Below are positions 36,801 to 46,900 of a DNA stretch of 64,000 bases, piece after piece (position 1 is the first letter of the stretch; each line of letters starts with the position of its first letter). A program made the translations under genes and the position numbers. This DNA comes from a virus (lineage: Duplodnaviria > Caudoviricetes), in IMG/VR virus record IMGVR_UViG_3300032243_001028, positions 1 through 64,000 of that record. One strand, 5' to 3'. The notes under the pieces were generated by a model. The model was not told the origin of the DNA, did no database searches, and saw only the letters and a list, made by a program, of their open reading frames with translations.

Positions 36801-39800
36801 ACTATTAGTGCAGATGACGAGATATCTAGAAAGCATTTCGATGAAGTGTTTGGAGATAAAATCGGTGGACCCGAGGCCTATACCCCATTCTTCTTAGATC
36901 TAGCTCAAAAAATCTGGAAAGAAAAACTGCAACCACACGATGAAAGTGTTCGTCAGATTCCTGTAACTTTCAACGATATGATGAAGAACTTTGCTCTTAG
37001 CCACCCTAACCTAAAAGAAGTTAACTCTAAGGGAGAAAGCGTCCACGGTCTCGGTGCGATTCCGGATATCATTTTGATCGATGAGGCTCAGGACGTTAAC
37101 GGGGTGTTCTTTAGACTAATGGATGAGCAAGAAACTTTGCACAACAATGGTATACAACTTGTTGTTGTTGGAGATCCTCACCAATCTATCTATCAGTTCC
37201 GCGGAGCTGTAAACAGCTTGAACATGTTTAGAAGAATGGTAACCCTACCTTTAACCATGATGTTCCGTGCTGGTCAGGATGTTGCTGATTTCGCTAACCA
37301 AGTTTTGGAGATTAAAGATGAGGACGATGAACGTCTAGTTGGAAATCCTAATAAAACTTCAAGTCTTACAACTCCTGGAAGTATGACAGATGCAGACATG
37401 ATCCTAACTACAACCAACGCTGATGCTCTGTCAGAAATTATGAGTATGGTTGGTAGAGGTCAACGTGCCGGAGTTATTCGAGAGTTTAAAGCTGAAATGA
37501 ATAGTTTCTTGGCTACAGCTAAATGGTTATTGTTTGGTGCTAATCCTAAATACCGTCCAGCAAATGCTCACCAGGACTTAGACTCTTATGATAGTTGGAA
37601 GCAGATGCTTGAACTTCATCAAGAAGATTCTGACCCAGCAGTGTCAAGACTACTAAGCATTATGGATCAGACTGAGGCACGACTAGAAGAGCAAAACAGA
37701 GACAGCGATGGTAAGGCAGTGTTTGCTGAGCTAAAGCGAATAGTCGATGGAGCAAGAATCATTGGTATTCAAGGATTCAAAAAGCCTTCGGATGGCAACT
37801 GGGGCGACGAAGGAGATCTTGGAAACTTCATTAGCTACAAGATTGAAAATGGGGCTATCCGTCTCTACAACACTGGTGATGCAAAGCCTTGGACACCTGA
37901 GCTAAAGAATCCAAATAATGGAACTAAAAATAACTCTGACACTTTATCTTCAATGGGATACACATGGGACACAGGTAAGACCTGGGACTGGACCGTCCCT
38001 GTTCAAGGAGATGGGTCTGAGCAACTAAATGCTCTTGTGGATGCTTTGAGTGGTGCAGATGTAGATAGCATTGTTCTAACCGCCCACAGAGCTAAAGGAC
38101 TAGAAGCTAAAAACGTTAAACTCTCGGGAACATGGTTTAAACCTAATCCACAAAAAGATGCTGAAGCTATTGAAAAGGGTAATATGCCTCGATCTCTCAC
38201 TGTGGAAGCACTAAACCTTATGTATGTTGCTGCAACTAGAACTATGGACGAGCTAGACCCTGGAATGCTTGACTGGCTTGATGGTAAAACAGACGAGTTT
38301 AAAGCAAAGCGTAAGGACTATATACGTCAACTAGAGGCTAAGTCTAAGAAAGATCCTAACGAACCTACTCCACAAAAAACCGAGAGTTCGGGTCCTCAGA
38401 TTGTAGAAGTAGACCCTAATACTCTTCAAGTAGGCGATATCGTAGCTACTGCTAAAGGTAATAAGAGAATTAAGATGATAAGTCGTCACGATTCCGATGA
38501 AGTTAGCGTATTCTTTGAAGCTATTGATGGCGGTGGCGGTGCATCATATGTCAATGGCCAGCAGGCTAAAAAGGTTATCGGAGGCCCATCTCAAAACCGT
38601 GAAGGTGCTACCAACCCTGATAGTAAGTATGACTATACTGCTGACTGGAATACCGAATATTTAGGTGGACCTGAAGGAAATGACTACAAGCACACTTGGA
38701 ATTCTCCGGATGGCAAGTATGAAGCTACTATCTCTAATGATGCTATCCAAGTTCGTAAAAACGGAACTACTATTTTCCAAGGGGATAATAGTATAGATGC
38801 TAAGTCAGATCCAGAAAACGTCAAAGAGTCTAGCTTAGATATAGTTGCAAAAGCTATTGAATCAGATTCGGATTCTACTCCTAATAGATCTACTCCTGAG
38901 CAGCCAGTAATGTCTCAGGAAGAGATTAATGCAGCCTATGACGAAGCTATTCAAGCCGAGTACGATTACCAGATGTCTCTTGAGCCTATCTCTAGAGATC
39001 CTCAGTATCCTGGCGGAGAACGCGGTCTAAAGGAGCTTACAGAGGCAGTTCACGCTGCTGAAAGAATGACAGCCGAGATCGAGACTCCTGTTCTTGACCC
39101 TATTCCTAATGGACTAGATCCAGAAGAGTACGTGGCTCAACTCAGATCAGCTCTGCCGAACAAGAGAATAGAACTTTACACTGACGAAAATGGTGACAAG
39201 TTCGTGAAGGTCTCTGAAGTGGCAAATAAATCTGGAATCTTTGGAGCTTCCGAGGCAATCTTTGGTTGGAAAGACCTAGAAGACAACGGTCCTTCTCAAA
39301 ACCGCGAGAATAACAAACCTATAAAGAGCAATAAAGATGCTGTAGATCAGGTTATGGCTCAGATTACCGAAGCTATGGATAAGGGAATTATTCCTTGGAA
39401 GAAGCCTTGGACTGGCGGTGGATCTTACCTACCTACATCAGGCGCTACTGGTAAAAACTACAAGGGTGGGAACCTGATCATTCTAGAAGTTCTAAGTCAA
39501 TTTAGAGGCTACAAAGGTACCCGCTGGTACACAAAGAATGCTATTGCTAAGCTTGGTGGCTACGTCGACGAAAACGATGGTGTGCTTATAACCAAGGTTG
39601 TGAAGAGTAAGTACACTGTAAAGCCAGATGAGACCAAAACTATCATTGACCCAAAGACTGGTGACCAGAAGCCGGATGATGGTTCTAGAACCAAGACCAG
39701 ACTTGACATTGATGTTGTTTACAACGAAGATGTGGTTAAGGGTATTACTATTCCGCCACTTCCTAGAAAAGATCCACCTCCTATGCACGAAGTAGAAGAT

Positions 39801-40550
39801 ATTATTCTAGATTCTTACACAAATGGACCTAATATCAAATACAGCCCTGGAGACTCGGCTTTCTGGGCACCTGATGTTGACACAATCAGTCTTCCTCTAA
39901 GAGAGCAGTTCAACAGCACTGAAGAACACCTAGACACTCTATTCCATGAACTGGTTCACAGTACTGGTGCCTCGGACAGACTAGATCGTAAGGATCTTCT
40001 AGAAAACTACGGCAAGCACAAGGATGTCCGTGCTCGTGAAGAACTTATTGCAGAAATTGGAGCAGCTATTTTAGCTTCTATGTTTGGGATCAACACCAGT
40101 ATTGAAAACGTGGCTGCTTATGTTCAGTCTTGGAAGAGATTCTTGGAAACAGAGCCAAACGCTTTGTTTGAGGCCGCTTCTATGGCAAGCAAGGCAGTTG
40201 ACTACATCCTAGCTGGCTACTATGAAGATAACCCAGATGAAGAGTATGATCCAACTAATCAGCCTGGAGCTACCTCCATGCCAATTGAGCCAGTAACTGG
40301 TGAAGATGGATCTTCTGGAGGTCTTGGAGGCGGTGTCAACTATCGAATCGAAGGTAATAGAATCTTCCTGATGGGTGATACTATGGCTGCTAAAGATCTA
40401 ATCAAGAGTGTCTCACTAATCCCTAAAGATAAGAAGATCCCATTCTCATTCTTCTGGGATAGAAAAGCAAATAATTGGAGCATTAGCCTAGGTGATCCTG
40501 AGGATAGAGTAAATATTCTTAACCAACTTAAAGCACTTCTTGGTGGTTAA
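30846..40550 (+). CDS. Giant polyvalent protein 1 (3234 aa): N-terminal shared domain, DEDDh 3'-5' exonuclease, UvrD/Rep SF1 helicase, ArdC ssDNA-binding domain plus zincin
   Basis: IDFETTG/HNVADYD/HNAANDLE (~34900-35450); ALAGTGKT, IDEAQD, VGDPHQSIYQFRGA, TAHRAKGLE, YVAATR (~36350-38280); IPWKKPW..TGKNYKGGN and FHELVH..REELIAE (~39330-40220). Confidence 0.85.
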   Translation: MSKKINLIKQFDDQLSVEMPEDISISELIFNFTLEQNARVEEIRRVTEQQLETVALRSLTASAAENLTTDVRYFNVLRELSHFLSLATEGPRPNGQDRNTDLLPEYHPSSTAELSLDPITFRTRRGAWYSADPRIEDEEVRSLVASVYSAHPMDVQFQHAYTRLLALPAGSLPIDVLVSPLTAGLLSKVKSVYHSAMNVFKGKNSSFWRSLRAKRQLRDSKGRWIEMGGGGKVNVRFPKGDVRSVTGKVAGYSEKGGYIDFEITDIPGLKNGLYKIPASAFEAVAAILPAEAVKDLPVGKAVPNDNDIVDIKDLVVADMPEGWVKSPYTPTSSTFTGNELHSDAVYDSADGYTASVVNKPNKVTESFIEKAKEAYGDSLEIVGTDGTENLDMTKPVITVWGSKRAKGNKSPIGFAQDWSGVQKIAGDEDDRFGDKDNQDLTPEEKPAVEAVVPSQNRETPEEEPKPEVTLPDADSDPDGSMPEGWNKIGEHTYLSKDRRFRVTYGYGQSDVALVYDQRTGDVSFQPIMSNGVYTLTERDGNGDFTVDTQVPFFNWPQVEDQIHAIKHLEALDPLFNPNIANVPEYQREMYSKLDPAERFQYDYFGPGSDMIKKADAIIAQFLQDTYPGDFTTPKFNDNGYWAGRGSRSDTAARIVDSGDNLKSVQIVTKLLGTIKTHPIFPGEDENEVLAEALREYFPVPDNLHRFSLYSEFKDFDITNGRSAAKTLDAVGEILYDMYTSSKDESDNKIQDDVYYVSRLQKGLMNYVNRRNAKDTDLGPSQNRVNDDYVPNEAQIRRLVAILNSRYVHDEPDLWDKVREIKKNPEEHTVKEVNDLAAYIEKNFRELTSPEKGMASWLQKSYLNWALDNKNWNKQEAEEIRKKIDDNTLTRAEYDQLHEKAYKLPFKPPQAPAPTPEDIEELEKLRAADNTVNGKPDYWLADQPTESPKYLSSNVPQEAMGPSDGQLVGIERFLEDRDIPQDLVQEFMDNYKDMNAREIREWYYTFKEHPFKEQYKPKNKYGLVARDFDGASDRMLASIERIFDKGLASDREIAAIVKAVPRMNKYEVSTQIMSELKAREDAHDSILIKKAIEGGASINDLNLMDLIGRPNAPEGWEDYKPTDEARKEILADEKDQEEVKQYVDKQARKNAARRSRYALTRLAAFVANHRDLVNADGKRIIDGAVDDIRDLKRMLDLRRKYVIKPAKVMERLETIKKGLTDSDNAHTYGRLKNKKPKTVETLEKLAAEVGSVMGRDGYHNSPFENDYDPSLEDEVDHSTSAEVFEPNPVESPEIPVDTDPVPGIIDYSNHPNKPRPPARVKPKAFWGVVRDWMAGAKNWDDVTEALRDKVLHFIDFETTGIFDPLQPHVKNDPIQIAIYKVVNGEIVDKFISYMNPGSPLSSWSMANIKDDKGNRVTPEWIASLPTKSEVIAKALEFLGPDAILAGHNVADYDLEVLNRTLKEAGLAEYSPAGMIDTLGLADHIYNVFNKKTNLGGPYKVGDFGIHGSTALEALGRYEGIPSNSLHNAANDLELNVKLLGQMLKRAKSGTDLIKDNIFDLDASDNDYDAKLAKYIPGYEAFVERALKFIADRAVERAARGDEPDPKDLEQEARNALNSTSPEGTPTNDRPTFSSLFPPKPDDGEQPLTESNVIDDPLNKIRKPSPKQLKSVERRLLDPRDIVSAERREEIWKLLPNVNSNEIGDLVKEMDGLELDYAIANNLDVDGLRVPTGYDLDKLNTYLDEKYPDRHKKSGPSQLREGVNQQSTLSQLSYAMTNLQDALSSTSSPAEKRAINSAIKKLEQAAQDVIDSPSQNRERPADTKNKAELATGKHDIGFLDKEYTDQQKDAIEAGIRGWSIVIKALAGTGKTTTLIALAKAVLHYFPKKRILAMAFNKAIADENRLKFPGNTEVRTMDSVAFKAPVNSKLSKKFTAMKKQSDPKNRPINGFLDIADYFKIPNEVELANGQRISKFLAVKLVLKGLNNWTISADDEISRKHFDEVFGDKIGGPEAYTPFFLDLAQKIWKEKLQPHDESVRQIPVTFNDMMKNFALSHPNLKEVNSKGESVHGLGAIPDIILIDEAQDVNGVFFRLMDEQETLHNNGIQLVVVGDPHQSIYQFRGAVNSLNMFRRMVTLPLTMMFRAGQDVADFANQVLEIKDEDDERLVGNPNKTSSLTTPGSMTDADMILTTTNADALSEIMSMVGRGQRAGVIREFKAEMNSFLATAKWLLFGANPKYRPANAHQDLDSYDSWKQMLELHQEDSDPAVSRLLSIMDQTEARLEEQNRDSDGKAVFAELKRIVDGARIIGIQGFKKPSDGNWGDEGDLGNFISYKIENGAIRLYNTGDAKPWTPELKNPNNGTKNNSDTLSSMGYTWDTGKTWDWTVPVQGDGSEQLNALVDALSGADVDSIVLTAHRAKGLEAKNVKLSGTWFKPNPQKDAEAIEKGNMPRSLTVEALNLMYVAATRTMDELDPGMLDWLDGKTDEFKAKRKDYIRQLEAKSKKDPNEPTPQKTESSGPQIVEVDPNTLQVGDIVATAKGNKRIKMISRHDSDEVSVFFEAIDGGGGASYVNGQQAKKVIGGPSQNREGATNPDSKYDYTADWNTEYLGGPEGNDYKHTWNSPDGKYEATISNDAIQVRKNGTTIFQGDNSIDAKSDPENVKESSLDIVAKAIESDSDSTPNRSTPEQPVMSQEEINAAYDEAIQAEYDYQMSLEPISRDPQYPGGERGLKELTEAVHAAERMTAEIETPVLDPIPNGLDPEEYVAQLRSALPNKRIELYTDENGDKFVKVSEVANKSGIFGASEAIFGWKDLEDNGPSQNRENNKPIKSNKDAVDQVMAQITEAMDKGIIPWKKPWTGGGSYLPTSGATGKNYKGGNLIILEVLSQFRGYKGTRWYTKNAIAKLGGYVDENDGVLITKVVKSKYTVKPDETKTIIDPKTGDQKPDDGSRTKTRLDIDVVYNEDVVKGITIPPLPRKDPPPMHEVEDIILDSYTNGPNIKYSPGDSAFWAPDVDTISLPLREQFNSTEEHLDTLFHELVHSTGASDRLDRKDLLENYGKHKDVRAREELIAEIGAAILASMFGINTSIENVAAYVQSWKRFLETEPNALFEAASMASKAVDYILAGYYEDNPDEEYDPTNQPGATSMPIEPVTGEDGSSGGLGGGVNYRIEGNRIFLMGDTMAAKDLIKSVSLIPKDKKIPFSFFWDRKANNWSISLGDPEDRVNILNQLKALLGG

Positions 40551-40618
40551 TTAAATCTTTATCCAGATACTTTGGTATACTATTTAAAGACTTATTAACC
40601 ATTTCAAGGAGTATTTAC

Positions 40619-40765
40619 ATGGAAAATTATTTGAACCCCGACCACTATACTCCTGAAGATGAAGAGTATTGGACTGCTATCTCTTTTCCAAACCCAGATC
40701 CAGATTTCCTATATGATAATGAAGGCACAGAAGATACTGAGCTAAAAAACACACCTTCAGAGTAG
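40619..40765 (+). CDS. Small acidic protein (48 aa, not in ORF track)
   Basis: AAGGAG SD; MENYLNPDHYTPEDEEYW... Confidence 0.5.
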   Translation: MENYLNPDHYTPEDEEYWTAISFPNPDPDFLYDNEGTEDTELKNTPSE

Positions 40766-40782
40766 AGACATAGGATATATAA

Positions 40783-40986
40783 ATGGACGAAAATAAAAAG
40801 TCTGAGGCCGAGCCTATGCTTACCATAGAGTCTTACAGAAATGATGAGCACATTGTTAAGAAAGTGCCGTACTCATCTCTATCGATTGAGCAATTAGTAA
40901 ATCTAACTTTAGAAGGCTCTAAAGCCGCCAACGAAGAGTTGCAACGCTTAATCGGAGTAGACATCCTTAAGGATGGCGGAGAATAG
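40783..40986 (+). CDS. Small hypothetical protein
   Basis: AGGA SD; stop overlaps the start of giant 2. Confidence 0.6.
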   Translation: MDENKKSEAEPMLTIESYRNDEHIVKKVPYSSLSIEQLVNLTLEGSKAANEELQRLIGVDILKDGGE

Positions 40987-43900
40987 TGGATTTTGACTAC
41001 CTAAAACCTATAGTAGCTGACGGCTTCGGAGACGGAGATGGTGAGTATACCTCTGCCGAACGCCGTGCCGAGGTTCTAACTCAGTTTCGTGATAAGTACG
41101 GCCGCTGGGTTGAAATGGGCCGCGGCATTAAAGCTAAGGTTCGTCTAGGTAAAAATAGAGGAAATGATGCAGGTAGAACTGCTCGCGTTATCGGTAAATT
41201 TATTGGTGCAACTCCAGATGGTAAATTTGCAAGAGTTTTAGTTGATCCTAGCGATCCTAATTTTGCTGGCAAAGTTCTATACATTAAATACAATAATGCT
41301 GAAGAAGTACTTGCAACACTAGATCCTGAATATCTTAAAAAGCGTGGAATTCAACTAGGAAAAAACACTGAAGGATATGAAGTTGGCGATGAGGGTATTC
41401 AGGATGAAGACACTCTTAAGATAGAAGATCCGACCCCACAGGATCTTAAGGATGCCGAAGCCGATCTTCCAGATCCAGAAAACTACAAAGAAGAAGCTGC
41501 CAAGAAAACTGCAACCGCGCTTACTGGTAAAGATCTAGCTGCTGGAAATATTGTTTACGATCAAGGTTCTGATCAGTATGGAAAAATTACCAATGTTAAG
41601 ACTTTAGCTGACGGCACTAAGCAAATATTTATTCAGTTCCAAAATGGACGTCGTGCAATTATGAACGTCCCTGCTGATCACCCTATTCAAGCATGGATCG
41701 GCAAAAATGAAGCTAAACCTACTCCTGAAGCTGCGCCTGCTCAAAATAAAGAAGGATCTTCAATTGCTGATTTGGGAATTGATCTGCAATCAGCAACTAT
41801 GGATGCTAACGGTGCACGCCTACCTACCCCCGGTGCTTTCACTGGAGTTTTGCAAAAAATTCTTGCTGGCGCAAAAAACTGGAAACAAATTGCAGAACGT
41901 CTAAAGTCTCAGACTATAACTTATTTTGACTTTGAAACCACAGGTATTTCTGATTATGATGGTCAGGGGATTAAAAATGACCCTATTCAACTTGGAGCAG
42001 TTCAAGTTAAGAATGGAAAAGTTTTAAAACGTTTTAACGTCTACATTAATCCTGGAAGTAAATTATCTCAGTGGTCATCTGAACATCTAAAAAGAGATGT
42101 TATAGATGATAATGGCAATATTGTCAGGGATGAAAATGGTAAACCTGTAAGCACTCTTGTAACTGCAGAGTGGCTTCAGGATCAAATGAGCCCTGAAGAA
42201 GCGCTTAGACAATTTTTAGAGTTTGTAGGTCCTAACCCTATTCTTGGTGGACAGAACGTTCCGTTTGATCTAGAGATCTTACAACGTATGGCTGATGCAG
42301 CTGGAGTTAAGCTAGATATTGCTGGAACGGTAGACTCAAAAGATTTGGGATCTCTTCTTCCTACCTATGATCCTGAAAAGGGTGTTGACGGGCCTAAGCA
42401 ACTTAATACAGCTACAGGTAAATACCGTGCTAGTTCAAGCTTAGGTCCTCTTGCAAACTTTTTAGGTTTTGAACCTGCTAACTGGCACTCAGCTGATGGA
42501 GACGCTGAAGACTCATTTAATCTTGTCAATGCAATTCTTGATCACGCAATTAAAAATGACAATAATGATATGCGTCTAATGAATTTTCCTGAGATGCAAA
42601 AACTATATCAAGAACGTATGGCTGCGTTTAAAAATGCTATTTCTGGAAACAATCCTGTAACTGAAAAACAGCTAGAAGCTCTTCATGGTCTTGCTGAATC
42701 GGACAATCAAGAGATTGCTGCCGAAGCTAAAAAAGCTATAGACGAAGCAACTACCAGAGGTAAAGCTGCAGAGGTTCTAGCTCGACTAAATACTAATAAA
42801 GATAGAACTAACAACACTCCTAACCAGTTTAGAATCGGTGGCGGCGGTGGCGGTGAGCTAGGTGAAGGCAATGGTGTACCTAATAAAAAAGAATTAGAAT
42901 TTTTAGCTAAACTTAAATCTGGAGGGTACTTTTTAAAGAAAAAGTTTACAAAAAAGCCTAAGCAATATATTCCGGTTGGCTACGATCGTATCGATTCTTG
43001 GGAGAGATACCCTTCCTGGTATAAAGATATGTACGAGTCTGCTGGGAACTTAGACGATTTTGTAAAACTATTTTGGAAAGCTCTTAGAGAGTCTCGTAAA
43101 GGTACACGTCTTGAAGATCCAGAAGGCAGAACCGATATAAATGAAAAAGAATATGCTATTGCGGCTGCTACTTATAAGAATTTACAGGGTATTGGTGAAA
43201 AAGTTATACTTCGCTATGGCGAGTTTACTATTGAATTTGACAAGCAGTCTGACATAAATGGTCAACTTCTAGATGAACTTAAAGGATACCTAGATACTGC
43301 AAGAAAGCTTGGATTTAAACTCCCTGTAAGAATTAAAATTGCTAAGCAAGGAGATCCAGCTTTTACTCCGGGTGAAGTCATTGGTTTTGATAAGGATCAC
43401 CCTGAGCTTGGATGCTTAACCGGGGAGGCTCACACCGAACCTGATGGTACTATGCACTTGATTCTTTGGGATCAATTGCATAATCTGGATAAAGCTGACA
43501 AAAGAAGACTCTTCAAAGGGATAAATGAGCAGGGGCAAGAAGAATATTACGGTCAAAATCCTGGAGGATTTGTTCCTGCACTTCAGCACGTATTCTTTCA
43601 CGAGCTAGGTCACCTCTGGAATAGAGAAAAGCATGGAAAAATGGTTAACTCTCCTCTTTGGGGAGACCTTAAAAAGATGTTCTGGGGTACAGATGCTAAA
43701 CCATTCAAGAGATTTGCAGTTACCCCAAATGCAGATTTAGATCCAAAAATAAATCCTAATGCATTTGATGAAAGAATGGCTGAATTATTTGCAGCAGCTC
43801 TTATTGCATTTCACAATAGAGAGCACCCTGTTTTAGCGAATATCGGCCAGTTCTGGAAAGTCGCCATCGAGCCTTACATTAAGGGAGAACCAATCCATTG

Positions 43901-46900
43901 GACTGCAAACTCTGAAAGAGTCAATCCTCCTAAAAAAGAAGGAAAAGGTAAGGGTAAAATCCCCACTACTACTCCACGAGGCGGAAAAGCTAGAACTCCA
44001 GACGTAAAAAAGCCTGAAGATGTTAAACCTGGAGATATTGTTTATGACAAAGACGGAAATCTTCACGGTAAAGTTGTAGTAATACGTCAGGATAGACATG
44101 GTAACTGGCATTACTGGGTAGAGGGTAAAGACTACAAACCTGGAGATGTATTCCCTGTAGGTTTAGACGAGTATGTTGTACATAAAAATGGAATAATTTA
44201 TGTTACTAAAGCAGGAGCTAACTTTGTACCTGATGAAGGCCCGGACTTTATTTATCCTTTGCCAGAGAAACTTGACTCTTCTAATTCTGATGGTGTAAAG
44301 GCTGAAGATCTTAAACCTGGAATGGTTTACGAAAGTCCGGATGGCCCAGCTAACGTTGTAAACGTTTTTGAGCATGGCATCGGCGTTCCTGATGTTAAAA
44401 AGTCTAGTGATCGAGTTGTTGTTTATGTAGGCAAAGATGGTGAAGTTAAACACGAAGTTGTTCCAGTTGGAACTTTCAAAAAAGTACTAACTTCTTCTAA
44501 GTCAAACGTTCCTGCACCTACACCTGAAAATGAGAATCAGGGTGGAGAAGGTAATGGCAATGGTAATGGTAATGACAGAGGCGGAGAAGGTAACGGCGGC
44601 GGTAGAGGTGGACGCGGCGGTAACGCTCCAGAACCTGTATCTGAAGAACCTGAATCTAGATCAGGAGCAAGTAAATCTGATATTGAAAATTTAAAAGCAG
44701 TACTTGAACAAGCAATTGGTATTGGTAAAAGATTTGGTCCCGACGAGGATTTAGAGCAAAGAGCTCAGATGATCTCCGATGAAGCAGATGAACTTGTAAA
44801 AGAAATTATAAAGCTAGACATTAAAGATTATCCAGGACTAATTAAGCACCTAAAAGATAATCTACCTGTAATATCTGAAGGAATGTATTCAGATAAAACA
44901 AAGCAAGTTTTAGATGAAGTAAAAGAATTCTTAGACCCAGGGTACAGGAAAAGACAGTACGATGCTCTTGATCGCATAAAAGAACTTTTAAAAGAAAGAA
45001 TTGAAGCTGTAGATACACGTGGTGAAAAAACTGACGTAGTAAGGGGCCTTATAGATGATATTTTACGTCCATACCTTAATGATAAAGCAGGTCTTAATTA
45101 CGAAGAACTTCTAGATCTTCTAGATAAAAATCTAAAACCTGGTGAAATCAAACATGTTCAAAAACGTGAAGGAATTAGTTTTAGAGGAAACTGGGATGAA
45201 GTTGTTAAAGCTGTACAAGACATTATTGACGCCAATCTTGGTAAAAAAGAATCTGCTAAACCTACCAAGCAAAAAGAATATTTAGACGCCAATGGAAAAC
45301 CTATTAAAGTTGGAGATCTTGTAGATGTAATTGATGAATATGGCCAAAAAAAGACTATCAGAATCTATAAAAAAACTACCTACGGGACTGAGTATGTTGG
45401 CGGAAAGAGAAGACACCCTACAGAATACTCTGAGGGGTATGTAATTGAAGGTGGTGATATTGTAAATGTTGTAACAGGCAAACGATATCGAATTAATGAT
45501 TCGGTACTAAGCCCTAAAAATGGATCTGCAGAAGATAAAAAGTTTAGAGAAAAAGTAAGAGATGAAATACTTGACTCTGTACTAAGTAAAATGTTTAGCG
45601 ATTTCTTTAAAAAGCATCGTAAAGAAAATCCTAATATGGATAAAGAAGACGTGAGAAAACTTGCTAAAAAAGATGTTGCTACTGCTGTAGAAGAATTTAA
45701 AAAACTTGGTATATATGATTACGATATTTTTAATGGCGAACTTAATGATTTTACAAGTCACATGTTTTGGACTAAAGCCGAGGATGGTAGCTACACTGGC
45801 GTTAGAGAATATAACAATGTAGAAGATGCTGTAGCTGCGGCAAAAGAGTACATCGATCAAAAGAATGCTCGACCTACCGAAGAAAAAGAAAAAGAATCTA
45901 CCAAATCCCCAGAACCAGAAGTAACAAGAGAAGACCCTATCGGCAAGGGAAAGATTGACCCTAAGGGTTATGCAGAAAAAGGCTATGTGCCAATGGTACA
46001 TCCTAAGCCAGAATTCCCTGCCGAAACCGATGAGAAAAAGCTTATTGAAAAAGGCTTTGAAATTGAAGAGCAAGATAACCGCGACAAGCCTTCTCAAAAC
46101 CGCGAAGAGGATAGCGAAGAAGGAGAAGAAGGTGCTCTGCCTCCTGAAGATACTTCAAAATTTGCTGCTGGTAAAAAAGTAGTTATTCTTTGGCACAACA
46201 AGGATTTCAGTGCCCCGGGTGCTCGTATAAAAATTACTTTCACAAGAAAAGCTGACGGATCTTTAGATAAAAGATTTACCCAGATCCAATGGAAACACTG
46301 GGATGGAACTCTATCAGGAGATGAATACGGTCCTTCAGAAGTATTGAATATAGGAGATTCTGAATCAGAAATTTTTAGAATGGAGTTTAAACACACTGTA
46401 GGAGCTCTTGCAAGAAGAAATGAAGAATATAACGATGGAGAATTACCCGGAACAGTTCCTCATTACTTTAAAAAAGTAGGAGATGACTACATTTGGAGAG
46501 CTGTAAAAGATCCTAAGACCGGAAAATGGAAAGCAGCTAGAGATCAAAAAATAGATCTAGAAAAGAAGCCTCCATTTGGAGCTGTCATATCTAACAAGGA
46601 TGGTAAGTGGACCGCCACCATTCTAGATCCAAAGGGTAACGTAGTTGCAACTTTTGAAGTTGATGGCGATGAAAATGACAAGTCAGCTCTAGAGAATCTT
46701 ATAAATCAGTCGTACGTTGAACTTGCTAAGAGATATAGAAGCATCAATGCTCCAGCTGCCGCACCTACTCAAACTGCAAGACCTGCCGGTAGAGCAACAG
46801 ACGAGCATAACTTCCCTCTACCGGATGACGTAAAGATTTGGAGAATTAGAGACGACAGCATGACCAGATATGCCATAGGTTTTGAAGAGGGTGTAGATGA

